Shown piece after piece: positions 37,274-47,504 of a DNA stretch of 64,000 bases; the stretch's first letter is position 1, and every line of letters begins with the position of its first letter. A program made the position numbers and the translations under genes. The stretch is taken from the NCBI GenBank assembly GCA_041749915.1, contig JBGTAJ010000110.1:3116-67115 (forward strand), read 5' to 3'. The notes beneath the pieces are model-generated. The model was not told the DNA's origin. It worked only from the letters and a program-made list of their open reading frames with translations, and did no database searches. The stretch is from Flavobacteriales bacterium. Lineage in GTDB: Bacteria > Bacteroidota > Bacteroidia > Flavobacteriales_F > PHOS-HE28.

Positions 37274-39409
37274 CTATTTCAATCCCCGCTTCACCAGCAA
37301 AGGCTCGACCTGCGGATCACGGCCCGTGAGGTCGCGGTACATCTGCGCTTCGGGCTTGCTGCCGCCTTGTGAGAGGATGGCCGCACGGAACTTGGTCCCG
37401 TTCTCTCGCGTCATGCCACCGTTCTCATTGAACCAGGCATAGGCATCCGCATCCATCACCTCGCTCCAGATGTAAGCATAGTAGTTCGCGGCGTAGCCGG
37501 TCCAGCTGTGACTGAAGTAGCAGCTCCTGTAGCGCGGCGGCACCTGGGCCAGGTCCAGTCCGTACTTCTTCAGGGCGGCCTGCTCGAAGGCGTCCACGTC
37601 GGTCACCAGCGGTGCATCGGCGCTCAGCGAGTGCCATTCCAGATCGAGCAGCGCGGCCGCCAGATACTCCGTGGTCGCGTAGCCTTGGTTGAACTTGCTC
37701 GCCTTCCTCAACTTGTCGGAAAGTGCCGCCGGCATCACCTCGCCGGTCTTGTAGTGCTTGGCGAAGTTGTTGAACACCTTGGGCACCATGGCCCAGTTCT
37801 CGTTCACTTGGGAGGGGAACTCCACGAAGTCCGTGGCCGTGGCGGTTCCGCTGAACTTGGGATACTTCTGGGCCGAGAGCATGCCATGCAGCGCATGCCC
37901 GAACTCGTGGAACAGCGTGGTCACGTCATCCCAGCTCAGCAGGCAGGGCTGCCCGGCCGCAGGCTTCACATAGTTGCAGTTCTGGGTGATCACCGGCTGC
38001 TGGTCGAGCAGTGTGCTCTGGTCCACGAAAGTGCTCATCCAAGCGCCGCCCTGCTTGTTGTCGCGGGCATAATAATCTCCGTAGAAAAGGCCGATGACCG
38101 TGCCAGTGGTGTCGATGATGTCGAACACGCGGACGTCCGGATGGTAGACGGGCAGGTCGTTCCGCTCCTTGAACGAGAGGCCGAAGAGCTCGTTCGCCGC
38201 GAAGAACACGCCGTTCTGCAGCACGGTCTCGAACTCCAGGTAGGGCTTCACAGCGGCTTCATCAAGGTCGTACTCCGCCTTGCGCACCTGCTCGGCGTAG
38301 AGGTCCCAGTCCCAGGCCTCCACGTTGAAGCCCCCTCCCTGCTTGTCTACCAGGGCCTGCAGCTTGGCGGCTTCGGCGCGGGCGTTCTTTGCGGCCGCCG
38401 GGGCCATGCCTGAAAGCAGTTCCATGGCACGCTTGGGTTCCTTGGCCATCTGATCATCCATCACATAAGCCCCCCAGTTGGGGAAGCCGAGGATCTTCGC
38501 CTTCTGTGCACGCAGTTGCGCCAGACGGGCGATGATGCTGCGGTTGTCATGGTCTCCTCCCCGGCCATTACGGGTGACCGAAGCCTTGAAGATCCGCTCG
38601 CGCAGCGCCCTGTCCTTCAGGTCGGCCAGGGCAGGCTGTGTGGTGGTGTTGCGCAGGTCGATGAGCCACTTGCCCTCGCTGCCCTTTTCCTTGGCGGCCA
38701 CAGCGGCGGCATCGATGGCCTCAGGTGTGAATCCTTCCAGCTGTGCCACATCATCGACCAGGATCGCCGAGGCCGAACGTTCCTTCAGGATGTTCTCCTC
38801 GAACTTGGTGGTGAGGTTCGCCTCCTCCTCGTTCAACTTCATCAGGTCGGCCTTGGCAGCATCATTCAGCAGGGCGCCTGCACGCACGAAGCGGGTGTAG
38901 TAGCGGTCCAGCAGTCGGTCTGAAACAGGATCGAGGCCAAGGTTGGAACGTTGGTCGTACAGCGCCTTTATCCGCGCGAACAATGCGGAGTTCAGGGTGA
39001 TGGCATCGCCATGTGCCGCCAGTTTCGGGGCGAGGTCGGTCTTGACGGCCTGAAGCGTGTCGTTGGTGGCACTACCGGTCAAGTTGTAGAACACGGACGA
39101 GGCCCGGCCCAGGTCCTGGCCCGCCTTCTCCAAGGCGACCACCGTGTTCTCGAAGGTGGGCGCCTCCGTGTTGCCCGCGATGGCGGCGATCTCCTCCAAG
39201 TGCTTCTTCATCCCCGCTTCGATGGCCGGGCGGAAATGTGCGTCGGTGATCCGGTCGAACGGCGGCGCATGGAACGGCAGGCTGCTCGGGGAGGACAGCG
39301 GGTTGACGGTGGCGGTCTCCATATCGGAAGGAACGGTTTCGGGTGCTGGTGAGCAGGCTGCCACCATGCTGATGACGCCCAGTGCGGACAACGAGTTCGA
39401 GATCTTCAT
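37274..39409 (-). CDS. dcp: M3 family peptidyl-dipeptidase
   Basis: LFHEFGHALHGML is the HEFGH zinc site and FVEFPSQVNENW is also present. The lipoprotein-type signal is MKISNSLSALGVISMVAAC. The longer ORF start is rejected. Confidence 0.9.
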   Translation of the reverse strand: MKISNSLSALGVISMVAACSPAPETVPSDMETATVNPLSSPSSLPFHAPPFDRITDAHFRPAIEAGMKKHLEEIAAIAGNTEAPTFENTVVALEKAGQDLGRASSVFYNLTGSATNDTLQAVKTDLAPKLAAHGDAITLNSALFARIKALYDQRSNLGLDPVSDRLLDRYYTRFVRAGALLNDAAKADLMKLNEEEANLTTKFEENILKERSASAILVDDVAQLEGFTPEAIDAAAVAAKEKGSEGKWLIDLRNTTTQPALADLKDRALRERIFKASVTRNGRGGDHDNRSIIARLAQLRAQKAKILGFPNWGAYVMDDQMAKEPKRAMELLSGMAPAAAKNARAEAAKLQALVDKQGGGFNVEAWDWDLYAEQVRKAEYDLDEAAVKPYLEFETVLQNGVFFAANELFGLSFKERNDLPVYHPDVRVFDIIDTTGTVIGLFYGDYYARDNKQGGAWMSTFVDQSTLLDQQPVITQNCNYVKPAAGQPCLLSWDDVTTLFHEFGHALHGMLSAQKYPKFSGTATATDFVEFPSQVNENWAMVPKVFNNFAKHYKTGEVMPAALSDKLRKASKFNQGYATTEYLAAALLDLEWHSLSADAPLVTDVDAFEQAALKKYGLDLAQVPPRYRSCYFSHSWTGYAANYYAYIWSEVMDADAYAWFNENGGMTRENGTKFRAAILSQGGSKPEAQMYRDLTGRDPQVEPLLVKRGLK

Positions 39410-39446
39410 GAACAGCGGATGAGGGCGCGAAGGTACTGGCGAAGGT

Positions 39447-40208
39447 TCAGCCGCCCCCCGCCGGGACCACGGGCGGTGCATGACGTGATGGATGGCGCCA
39501 CAGCGGAATGGTAGCTGCCAACTGCCAGGATGTGGACCGGCTTGGCGAAGCGCCTTCCACCCGTTCCAGCTGTGTGAGCCCCGAGCCATGGCGCACACCC
39601 AGCCCGAAGCCGCGCGGGCCCCGCACCTCAAAACCCAGGACCATCGACCATTCCAGGGGTTCGAACCATGCTGTGCGATCGATGATCTCCGTACCGTCCA
39701 TGAGGCGCTCGGCCGGGGTGAAACGCTGGCCGGTGAAGGTCTCCCGGGCTTCCAGCAGCCGAGATACGGAAGGTCCTCCGAGGAAGCGGAACCCTGGCCA
39801 GGGCTCCCACGTCAGAAGCAGGGGTACACCGATGGACCGAAGGCGGAACGAGCGTGTGCCCACCTCCCAGACCCCGTCCTGGTCCGTTGTATGGCGGGGT
39901 TGCTGCAGGTCGTCCACTGTCATGGTGGAGCCCCGATCGGACCAATGGACCGCGCCCCGAAGTCCGACCCGGGCATGGAACTGGTGATCCACCTCGGTAC
40001 CGAGGAAATAGCCCAAACCCTGCACGCGTCGGCCGGTCATGGCCCCGTTGGCCACGCCCAAGGGATCGTTCAGCCACATGAGCTGTGGTCCACCCACGAG
40101 CTGGACCTTCCAGCGGGATGCCTGCTCCTCCTGTGCGTGAACGGTGATGGTCGATGCGCACACCGCGATCAACAATGCGCGAGCACAGGCCAGGTTCCTC
40201 CAGGTCAT
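39447..40208 (-). CDS. putative outer-membrane beta-barrel protein
   Basis: The signal peptide is LLIAVCASTITVHAQ, followed by alternating amphipathic beta-strand-like segments. There is no enzyme motif, so the annotation is by pattern only. Confidence 0.5.
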   Translation of the reverse strand: MTWRNLACARALLIAVCASTITVHAQEEQASRWKVQLVGGPQLMWLNDPLGVANGAMTGRRVQGLGYFLGTEVDHQFHARVGLRGAVHWSDRGSTMTVDDLQQPRHTTDQDGVWEVGTRSFRLRSIGVPLLLTWEPWPGFRFLGGPSVSRLLEARETFTGQRFTPAERLMDGTEIIDRTAWFEPLEWSMVLGFEVRGPRGFGLGVRHGSGLTQLERVEGASPSRSTSWQLAATIPLWRHPSRHAPPVVPAGGG

Positions 40209-40250
40209 GCCACCGGAACGCAGGGTCCCGGTGGATCCGTGTGCGGAAGC

Positions 40251-41348
40251 TTAAACGTTGAACAGGAAGTGCATCACATCGCCGTCCTTCACGATGTACT
40301 CCTTCCCTTCCACGCGCAGCTTTCCGGCGGCCCGGCAGGCGGCTTCGCTGCCGAGGGTGATGAAGTCGTTATAGCTCATCACTTCGGCGCGGATGTAGCC
40401 CTTCTCGAAATCGCTGTGGATGACGCCCGCCGCCTTGGGGCCCGTGTCGCCCTGATGGATGGTCCAGGCACGGACCTCCTGCACACCTGCTGTGAAGTAG
40501 GTCTGCAACTTCAACAAATGGTAGGCTGCGTGGATGAGCTTGTTCACACCGGGTTCGGTGAGACCGATGTCGGAAAGGAACATCTCGCGCTCCTCCGGGG
40601 TCTCCAGCGAGGCGATCTCGGCCTCGATCGCTGCCGTGACGAAAATGACCTCGGCGTTCTCACTGGCCACCGCGGCCTTCACAAGGTCCACGTATTTGTT
40701 GCCGGTCACCGCGCTCTTCTCGTCCACATTGCACACGTACATCACGGGCTTGCTGGTGAGCAGTTGAAACTCCGCGAGCAATGCGGGATCATCGTTGGGA
40801 GTGACGACCGTGCGTGCACTTTCACCCTTCAACAAGGCGGTGCGGATGCGGTCCAGTAGGTCGAAGCGGCGCTTGGCCTCCTTCTCACCGATCTGGGCCT
40901 GTTTCTCCACCTTCTTCAAGCGGGCCTCGACGGTCTCCAGGTCCTTCAACTGAAGCTCGATGTCGATGACCTCCTTGTCGCGAACCGGATCCACATTGCC
41001 GTCCACATGAACGACGTTCGGGTCATCGAAACAGCGCAGCACATGCAGGATGGCATCGCACTCGCGGATGTTGCCCAGGAACTGGTTGCCCAGGCCTTCG
41101 CCCTTGCTGGCGCCCTTCACCAGACCGGCGATGTCCACGATCTCCACGGTGGTAGGGATGATGCGTTGGGGTTTCACCAGCTCGGCGAGCTTGTTCAGGC
41201 GCACATCGGGTACGGTGATGGTGCCCACGTTCGGCTCGATGGTGCAGAACGGGAAATTGGCCGCCTGGGCCTTGGCGTTGCTGAGGCAGTTGAACAGGGT
41301 GCTCTTACCTACGTTCGGTAGACCGACGATGCCGCATTTCAAGGCCAT
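40251..41348 (-). CDS. ychF: redox-regulated ATPase YchF
   Basis: MALKCGIVGLPNVGKSTLFN is the P-loop. FPFCTIEPNVG, DIAGLVKGAS and the C-terminal TGS domain are also present. Confidence 0.95.
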   Translation of the reverse strand: MALKCGIVGLPNVGKSTLFNCLSNAKAQAANFPFCTIEPNVGTITVPDVRLNKLAELVKPQRIIPTTVEIVDIAGLVKGASKGEGLGNQFLGNIRECDAILHVLRCFDDPNVVHVDGNVDPVRDKEVIDIELQLKDLETVEARLKKVEKQAQIGEKEAKRRFDLLDRIRTALLKGESARTVVTPNDDPALLAEFQLLTSKPVMYVCNVDEKSAVTGNKYVDLVKAAVASENAEVIFVTAAIEAEIASLETPEEREMFLSDIGLTEPGVNKLIHAAYHLLKLQTYFTAGVQEVRAWTIHQGDTGPKAAGVIHSDFEKGYIRAEVMSYNDFITLGSEAACRAAGKLRVEGKEYIVKDGDVMHFLFNV

Positions 41349-41360
41349 GAGTTCCGGATT

Positions 41361-41375
41361 GGGGCCGCGAAAGTA
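41361..41375 (-). promoter_or_regulatory. candidate ychF promoter, TACTTTCG + CGGCCCC (variant of the tRNA promoter motif)
   Basis: The minus strand reads TACTTTCGCGGCCCC, a 12/15 match to TATATTTGCGGCCCC. It ends 13 nt upstream of the ATG. Confidence 0.4.
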
Positions 41376-41414
41376 GGGCTTTCACAGGGTCCGGCCAGGC
41401 AGTAACGCTGTCGC

Positions 41415-42515
41415 TCAGGGTATCACGACCCGGCCGACCACCACCTGATCACCCTGGGTGAGCTGCACCACGTACAGACCTGGCGTGGCCTGAAGCGGCA
41501 AGGTGTGACGCTGGCCTTCCGCCTGCCCCAGTTCCTCCACGACCAGGCGTCCGGTGGCATCGTGCACCCGGAACCGCACCCTTTCGTCACCCGGCACGAG
41601 GCCGACCACCGTGAGCAGGGAGGATGGCCCATTGTACCATATCACAGGCCCATCCTGTGTGGTCCCTTCCGGTACTGCGGTCGTCAGGGCATTGCTCATC
41701 AGGCTGCCGGCCTCCAGGAACACGGCGGAATCAAAATTGTCGTCGTCCAGGTCGGCGACCGTGACCCGCAAGTGATATACCTCCCCGGGCACCACCACGG
41801 CACGCGCCGTCAACACCGTCGTGTATCCATCCAGCTGGGTTCCCAGGCCAAGGTCATTGTTGATGTAAAAAACAGTGTCCGAAAGCCAGGCTGCGTTCAG
41901 GTTGCACAAGGGGAAATTCCCGAACTCTCCAGGCTGCCCGCTGTTCACCGTGTTCACAGTGACCGGCAAGCCGCTGCCGGGCAGCACGGCCATGTTGATG
42001 GCACCGCTGGTGAACGGCCCATCGATCCCCGGACCGTCGAGGAACATCGCCATGCGATCGTCCTTCACACTACACACATACTCATCATACTCCTCCGAGC
42101 CGAAGACGTAGCGGATCGACAGGGTGTCACCCCAGGGGATGATCTCCATGTCCAGCCTGGCGATGTCCGTTGTGCCGCTGTTGGGGATGCTCAGCGTATA
42201 CAGGTCCATATCGAAAAGACCGGGGAAGGAGCCGTACGAAGCGTTGTCGGTGTTGTTGGGACCGATGACCACGAAATGCACGCCGGTGGCGAGCACCATG
42301 CCGCCCTCCATGCCGATGCTCCCCGTGGCATCCGTGAAGGTGGCCACCTGTTCCGGAGCGTTGGATATGCCTGCGGTAAGGAGCGTGACGTTGGCACCCA
42401 GCAACCCGGAGACAGCAGCAGGGATGTCGACCGCCTGTGTGGTGATGACCTGGGCGACCAGCGACCCACTGGCCAGCAGGAGGAGCATGAAAAGGTGACG
42501 GAACGGGTTGTGCAT
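41415..42515 (-). CDS. T9SS-secreted choice-of-anchor-L-like protein
   Basis: The signal peptide is MHNPFRHLFMLLLLASGSLVAQ. The body has LSIRYVFGSEEYDEYVCS...DRMAMFLDGPG...DDDNFDSAVFLEAGSL. The C-terminal sorting-domain-like tail is VRFRVHDATGRLV...GLYVVQLTQG. Confidence 0.75.
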   Translation of the reverse strand: MHNPFRHLFMLLLLASGSLVAQVITTQAVDIPAAVSGLLGANVTLLTAGISNAPEQVATFTDATGSIGMEGGMVLATGVHFVVIGPNNTDNASYGSFPGLFDMDLYTLSIPNSGTTDIARLDMEIIPWGDTLSIRYVFGSEEYDEYVCSVKDDRMAMFLDGPGIDGPFTSGAINMAVLPGSGLPVTVNTVNSGQPGEFGNFPLCNLNAAWLSDTVFYINNDLGLGTQLDGYTTVLTARAVVVPGEVYHLRVTVADLDDDNFDSAVFLEAGSLMSNALTTAVPEGTTQDGPVIWYNGPSSLLTVVGLVPGDERVRFRVHDATGRLVVEELGQAEGQRHTLPLQATPGLYVVQLTQGDQVVVGRVVIP

Positions 42516-42586
42516 GGCCACACAAGGTAGTGATCCGACAATACGGCACATGCCGAAGCTGACCTCAGCGCCCCGGGAAACAAGAA

Positions 42587-42617
42587 CGGGAGCCTGCAAA
42601 GGCTCCCGCTCGAGAAC
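42587..42617 (-). terminator. intrinsic terminator after the methyltransferase gene
   Basis: The minus strand reads CGGGAGCC-tttgca-GGCTCCCG followed by TTCTTGTTT. Confidence 0.6.
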
Positions 42618-42699
42618 GAACCGGTCCAAAACCAAAAGCACCGGGTATTGCTGAGACAACGGGGAACACCCAAAATGTTGCCTGGCAGGGATGAAAAGT

Positions 42700-43398
42700 T
42701 CAGCGAGCGGCCTTCCGGAAGACCAGGAAGTGCTGCCACGGCAATCCGTTCCACGCGCGGTCGAGCACAAGCCCGGCGGCCTTCATCTCCTTCATGGCCT
42801 GTTCCCGCCGCATGCGGTGGATGGCCTTGATGGGCACCCGGTCATCCTCACCCCGGAACTCCACCAGGAACAACAACGCTCCCGGTCGCATCGCGGCCAC
42901 GATGGCGCTCATCATCTCCTGCGGATAGGCGAACTCGTGGTACACGTCCACCATCAGCACCTTGTCCAAGCGCCCTGCGGGCAGGCGGGGATCCTGCTCG
43001 GTGCCCAGCATCACCTCCACATTGTCCAGGCCTGATGCCAGGCTCCGGGTGAAAACACTGTCCAGCATGGCCGGCTGGATGTCCACCGCATAGACCTTGC
43101 CCTGTGTGGCTTGTGCGGCCATCAGCAGGGTGTGATGCCCCGTGCCGCATCCGATATCGGCGATCACGTCGTTGGGGTCGATCTCCATCCTGCCCACCAT
43201 CCGGGCGGGCTGCTCCTCGCGCTCCCGTTCCGGCCGGTCCAACCAGCCCGAGTGCGCAGCGCACATGGTATGTGCGATCTCGCGCCCCATGTACCACTTG
43301 CCGATCCCGTCCGGTGAACCCGTACGGAGCTCATAGGCCGTTTGCGCTGAGCAGGTCACGGATGCGACCATCAGGATCACCACTACTTGGCTGCGCAT
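42700..43398 (-). CDS. class I SAM-dependent methyltransferase with N-terminal signal peptide
   Basis: VIADIGCGTGHHTLLMA is SAM motif I and KVYAVDIQ is also present. It is preceded by MRSQVVVILMVASVTCSAQ. Confidence 0.8.
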   Translation of the reverse strand: MRSQVVVILMVASVTCSAQTAYELRTGSPDGIGKWYMGREIAHTMCAAHSGWLDRPEREREEQPARMVGRMEIDPNDVIADIGCGTGHHTLLMAAQATQGKVYAVDIQPAMLDSVFTRSLASGLDNVEVMLGTEQDPRLPAGRLDKVLMVDVYHEFAYPQEMMSAIVAAMRPGALLFLVEFRGEDDRVPIKAIHRMRREQAMKEMKAAGLVLDRAWNGLPWQHFLVFRKAAR

Positions 43399-43508
43399 GG
43401 TGGTGGAACGACCAGCGCCGTGGCTTGTTCGCATGGACCTGCCGTCCGCAAAGCCGCACACTTTTCAAAAGTTGTCCACACGTCCCGGCCCTCCATGGCA
43501 GCCCCGGC

Positions 43509-43516
43509 TACTTTTG
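43509..43516 (+). promoter_or_regulatory. candidate -7 box TACTTTTG for the transketolase operon
   Basis: Exact TAnnTTTG lies 29 nt upstream of the ATG at 43545. A TTG at 43482-43484 sits 24 nt upstream, slightly further than expected. Confidence 0.4.
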
Positions 43517-43544
43517 AAGCGTCCCTCCAGAACCTTCGCACCCC

Positions 43545-44423
43545 ATGTCGTCATCCCCTTCCGTGGCCCCACCGGCCAAGGCTTCCGTCCTTGAACTCGA
43601 ACGCATCGCCAGCCAGGTGCGCAGGGACATCGTACGCCAGGTGCACGGCATGCAGAGCGGCCATCCCGGGGGATCGCTGGGCTGTGCGGATTACCTCACC
43701 GCCCTATATTTCAATGTGCTGCGCCATACGCCGGAGCCTTGGGACATGGACGGCATCGGTCAGGACCTGTTCTTCCTCAGCAACGGTCATATCAGTCCCG
43801 TGTTCTACAGCGTGCTGGCCCGCAGTGGCTACTTCCCGGTGAGCGAACTGTCCACCTTCCGGAAGATCAACAGCCGGCTTCAGGGTCATCCCACCACGCA
43901 TGAGGGACTGCCAGGGGTGCGCATGGCCAGCGGTTCATTGGGCCAGGGGCTCAGTGTGGCCATCGGCGCTGCCCTGGCAAAGAAACTGAACGGTGATGAC
44001 CACTTGGTCTATACCCTCCATGGCGACGGCGAACTACAGGAAGGCCAGATCTGGGAGGCTGCCATGTTCGCTGCGGGAAAGAAGGTGGACAACCTGATCA
44101 GCACGGTGGACTACAACGGCCGCCAGATCGATGGGGATGTGGATGACGTGATGCCCATGGGAGACCTGCGCGCCAAGTGGGAGGCTTTCGGCTGGATCGT
44201 GCTGGAGACCGATGGACACGACATGCAGGGCCTGCTCGATACGCTGGCCGAAGCTCGCTCACGCACCGGCAACGGTCGTCCAGTGATGATCCTGATGCGC
44301 ACCGAAATGGGCCAGGGCGTGGACTTCATGATGAACAGCCACGAGTGGCATGGCATCGCCCCGAACGACCAACAATTGGCCTCCGCACTGGCCCAGTTGG
44401 AGGAGACCCTGGGCGACTACTGA
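43545..44423 (+). CDS. tkt: transketolase, N-terminal (TPP-binding) subunit
   Basis: SGHPGGSLGCADYL, LSNGHISPVFY and HGDGELQEGQIWEA match the split-transketolase N-terminal section. Confidence 0.9.
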   Translation: MSSSPSVAPPAKASVLELERIASQVRRDIVRQVHGMQSGHPGGSLGCADYLTALYFNVLRHTPEPWDMDGIGQDLFFLSNGHISPVFYSVLARSGYFPVSELSTFRKINSRLQGHPTTHEGLPGVRMASGSLGQGLSVAIGAALAKKLNGDDHLVYTLHGDGELQEGQIWEAAMFAAGKKVDNLISTVDYNGRQIDGDVDDVMPMGDLRAKWEAFGWIVLETDGHDMQGLLDTLAEARSRTGNGRPVMILMRTEMGQGVDFMMNSHEWHGIAPNDQQLASALAQLEETLGDY

Positions 44424-44500
44424 GCCCCATGCATCGGATCGGCACGCTTTTCACGGAACAGGTCGGCAGCGGCAGCACCTGGTGCCGTGCGACACTCCCG

Positions 44501-45934
44501 ATGAAAACGTTCAGGAACTGGGTCCGACACGCGCAACGAACGGCATGGGTGGTCCTGGGACTGCTCGCGCTGGGCCCTTCGGATGATCTGGCCGCGCAGG
44601 ATGCCGCACCCGAACCACCCTTGACGCGGATGTTGTTCGTCATGGACGCCAGCAACAGCATGAACGCCTTCTGGGGCAACCAGCCCAAGATCAACACGGC
44701 GCGCGAACTGCTCCTGGCCACGCTGAAAAAGCTGGAGGACCAACCCGACCTGGAGCTCGCCCTCCGCCTTTACGGGCACCAGACTCCGATACAGCCCGGC
44801 AAGCAGGACTGCGATGACACCCGTCTCGAGGTGCCCTTCAGCCCGAATAGCATTCCGGCCATCCAGCAGACCCTCGCCTCCGTGCGCTGTGTGGGTACCA
44901 CACCCATTGCGCGATCGTTGGAGCGTGCCGCCACGGATTTCCCCTCAACGGAACGCACGCGGAACGCCCGTCCGGTGCGGAACGTCATCATCCTGATCAC
45001 CGATGGGATCGAAGCCTGTGATGAGGACCCCTGTGCCGTGAGCCGGGCGCTGCAGGCCAAGGGCATCGTTCTGAAACCCTTCGTGATCGGTGTGGGACTG
45101 GGCGATGCGGAGAAGTACGCCCTGCAATGCGTGGGCAATTACTACGATGCAAGCACCCCGGAGCTCTTCGAACATGTCCTGAACGTGGTGGTGACCCAGG
45201 CCTTGAACTCCACCACGGCACAGATCAGCCTGATGACCACCGACGGCAGGCCGAATGAGACCGATGTGCCGGTCACGCTCTATGACCAGCGGACCGGACA
45301 GGTGCGCTACCACCTGATGCACACCATGAACGACCGGGGTATCCCTGACACCCTGGGGATCGACCCCATCTTCACCTACCGCGTGGTGGCGCATACCGTG
45401 CCGCCCTCAGTGCGGGAGAACGTGACCGTGAAGCCCGGCGTGCACACCATCATCGCGGTGGATGCGGGCATGGGTTCCCTGGACCTGCGCATGGGCTCCG
45501 GTCCGGCAGATGGGTATCCGGTGTCGTGCATTGTTCGGCGCAATGACGGTACCGAGACCTTGTTCGCACAGGCTTCAGGTTCGGTGCAGCGCTACCGTGT
45601 GGGCACGTATGACCTGGAAGTACTCACCCTGCCCAGGACCTATATCCAGGATGTGCGGATCGAACAGGGGAAGACCACCGATATCGTAGTTGCCAAGCAT
45701 GGGGTGCTGAACGTGCAGACCGCCGCCTCGGGCCCGGGTGCCATCTTCCAGCGCAAGGGTGATGAACTGGTCTGGGTCGTTGACCTGGACCCGACCGGGA
45801 TGAACAACCAGTTCCGCCTCCAACCCGGCAGCTACAAGGTCTCCTACCGAAGCCGTAACGCACACCGCACCGAACTCTCGCTGGAACGCGAGGTCATCAT
45901 CGACAGCGGCCGATCCATCACTGTGAACTTCTGA
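44501..45934 (+). CDS. VWA domain-containing secreted protein
   Basis: The signal-like N-terminus is [25 protein letters not shown]. The MIDAS motif is [10 protein letters not shown], and [17 protein letters not shown] is present. The C-terminal half is beta-rich. An alternative start lies at 44429. Confidence 0.75.
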   Translation: MKTFRNWVRHAQRTAWVVLGLLALGPSDDLAAQDAAPEPPLTRMLFVMDASNSMNAFWGNQPKINTARELLLATLKKLEDQPDLELALRLYGHQTPIQPGKQDCDDTRLEVPFSPNSIPAIQQTLASVRCVGTTPIARSLERAATDFPSTERTRNARPVRNVIILITDGIEACDEDPCAVSRALQAKGIVLKPFVIGVGLGDAEKYALQCVGNYYDASTPELFEHVLNVVVTQALNSTTAQISLMTTDGRPNETDVPVTLYDQRTGQVRYHLMHTMNDRGIPDTLGIDPIFTYRVVAHTVPPSVRENVTVKPGVHTIIAVDAGMGSLDLRMGSGPADGYPVSCIVRRNDGTETLFAQASGSVQRYRVGTYDLEVLTLPRTYIQDVRIEQGKTTDIVVAKHGVLNVQTAASGPGAIFQRKGDELVWVVDLDPTGMNNQFRLQPGSYKVSYRSRNAHRTELSLEREVIIDSGRSITVNF

Positions 45935-45936
45935 CC

Positions 45937-46896
45937 ATGGGCTACACCACCTATCCGATCCTCGATCAAAAGGACACCCGCAGCGGCTTCGGCGCCGGAC
46001 TGCTCGAACTGGGCCGCAGCAACCCCGATGTGGTGGCCCTCTGCGCCGACCTCACCGGTTCGCTGAAAATGGACGCCTTCAAGAAGGAATTCCCCGAACG
46101 CTTCGTGCAGGTGGGGATCGCCGAGGCGAACATGATGGGCATCGCTGCCGGGCTCACGATCGGTGGCAAGATCCCCTTCACCGGGACCTTCGCCAACTTC
46201 AGCACCGGCCGGGTGTATGACCAGATCCGCCAGAGCATCGCCTACGCCGACAAGAACGTGAAGATCTGTGCGAGCCACGCCGGACTGACGCTGGGCGAGG
46301 ACGGGGCCACCCACCAGATCCTGGAGGACATCGGCCTGATGCGCATGCTCCCCGGCATGACCGTGATCGTGCCGGCCGACTACAACCAGACCAAGGCCGC
46401 GACCCTGGCCATCGCGGAACACCATGGCCCGGTCTACCTGCGCTTCGGTCGCCCCAAGTGGCCCGTATTCATCCCGGCGGACATGCCCTTTGAGATCGGC
46501 AAGGCGCAACGCCTGGTGGAAGGCAGCGATGTGAGCATCTTCGCCTGTGGTCACCTCGTCTGGCGCGCGTTGAAAGCCGCCGAAGTGCTGGCCTCGGAGG
46601 GTATCCTGGCCGAGGTGATCAACGTGCACACGATCAAACCTTTGGATGTGGAGGCCGTCCTTTCCAGTATTGATCGGACGGGATGCGCGGTGACCTGCGA
46701 GGAGCACAATCGACATGGGGGCCTGGGCGATGCGATCGCACAGACCCTGGCCACGCATCGCCCCACCCCACAGGAATACGTGGCCGTGAACGACAGTTTC
46801 GGCGAGAGCGGCACCCCCGACCAGCTTCTGGCCAAGTACGGATTGGACACGCCCGACATCGTGGCGGCCGCGCGCCGGGCCATCGCGCGGCGCTGA
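45937..46896 (+). CDS. tkt: transketolase, C-terminal (pyrimidine-binding) subunit
   Basis: [31 protein letters not shown] and [17 protein letters not shown] are present. Confidence 0.9.
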   Translation: MGYTTYPILDQKDTRSGFGAGLLELGRSNPDVVALCADLTGSLKMDAFKKEFPERFVQVGIAEANMMGIAAGLTIGGKIPFTGTFANFSTGRVYDQIRQSIAYADKNVKICASHAGLTLGEDGATHQILEDIGLMRMLPGMTVIVPADYNQTKAATLAIAEHHGPVYLRFGRPKWPVFIPADMPFEIGKAQRLVEGSDVSIFACGHLVWRALKAAEVLASEGILAEVINVHTIKPLDVEAVLSSIDRTGCAVTCEEHNRHGGLGDAIAQTLATHRPTPQEYVAVNDSFGESGTPDQLLAKYGLDTPDIVAAARRAIARR

Positions 46897-46918
46897 ACAC
46901 ACTGCCACGGACAGCGGC

Positions 46919-47494
46919 ATGAGCGACCTGTCCGACGATGAGTTGCTGGCCCTCTTCCGTAAGGAGGACTCCCGCCACTATGCGTTCAACCTGCTGATGC
47001 GCAAGTACCAGCGCAGGCTCTACACCTTCATCCGGCGGATGGTGTGCGACCACGACGAGGCCGAGGATGTGCTGCAGGACACCTTCATCAAGGTGTGGCA
47101 GAAACTGGGCGATTTCCGGGGCGATGCGCAGCTGTACAGTTGGATCTACCGCATCGCCCACAACCAGTGCCTGGACCACCTGCGCCGCCTGAAGCGGGGC
47201 CTGTTCGTGAGCCATGATGCCGTGTCGGAGCGGCTCTGCGGTACGCTGGACAGCACGGAACACTTCACCGGGGACCACATCCATCGGCAGCTGCAACGGG
47301 CCATCATGACCCTGCCGGACAAGCAGCGGGCGGTGTTCCACATGAAGTACTTCGATGAGCTCAAGTACGAGGAGATCAGCACCATCACGGGCACCAGCGT
47401 AGGAGCCCTGAAGAGCAGCTACCATATCGCGGTCAAAAAGATCGAAGCCTGGCTCACCGCCGATCAAACCAAAGCGACCGACCCAACGTCCTAG
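46919..47494 (+). CDS. ECF (sigma-70 family) RNA polymerase sigma factor
   Basis: Region 2 reads AEDVLQDTFIKVWQKLGDFRGDAQLYSWIYRIAHNQCLDHLRR. Region 4 reads LPDKQRAVFHMKYFDELKYEEISTITGTSVGALKSSYHIAVKKI. Confidence 0.9.
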   Translation: MSDLSDDELLALFRKEDSRHYAFNLLMRKYQRRLYTFIRRMVCDHDEAEDVLQDTFIKVWQKLGDFRGDAQLYSWIYRIAHNQCLDHLRRLKRGLFVSHDAVSERLCGTLDSTEHFTGDHIHRQLQRAIMTLPDKQRAVFHMKYFDELKYEEISTITGTSVGALKSSYHIAVKKIEAWLTADQTKATDPTS

Positions 47495-47504
47495 TATCGA
47501 CACC

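Noticed and set aside
39492-40859. 455-aa plus-strand ORF
   Set aside because: It is antisense to the beta-barrel gene and to ychF (P-loop and TGS domains clear on the minus strand). The composition is Gly/His/Pro/Arg-rich, so it is a shadow ORF.
44177-44500. N-terminal 108-aa extension of the VWA ORF overlapping the transketolase N-subunit gene
   Set aside because: It overlaps a well-supported CDS by ~250 nt in another frame. The internal Met at 44501 is followed by a signal-peptide-like segment.
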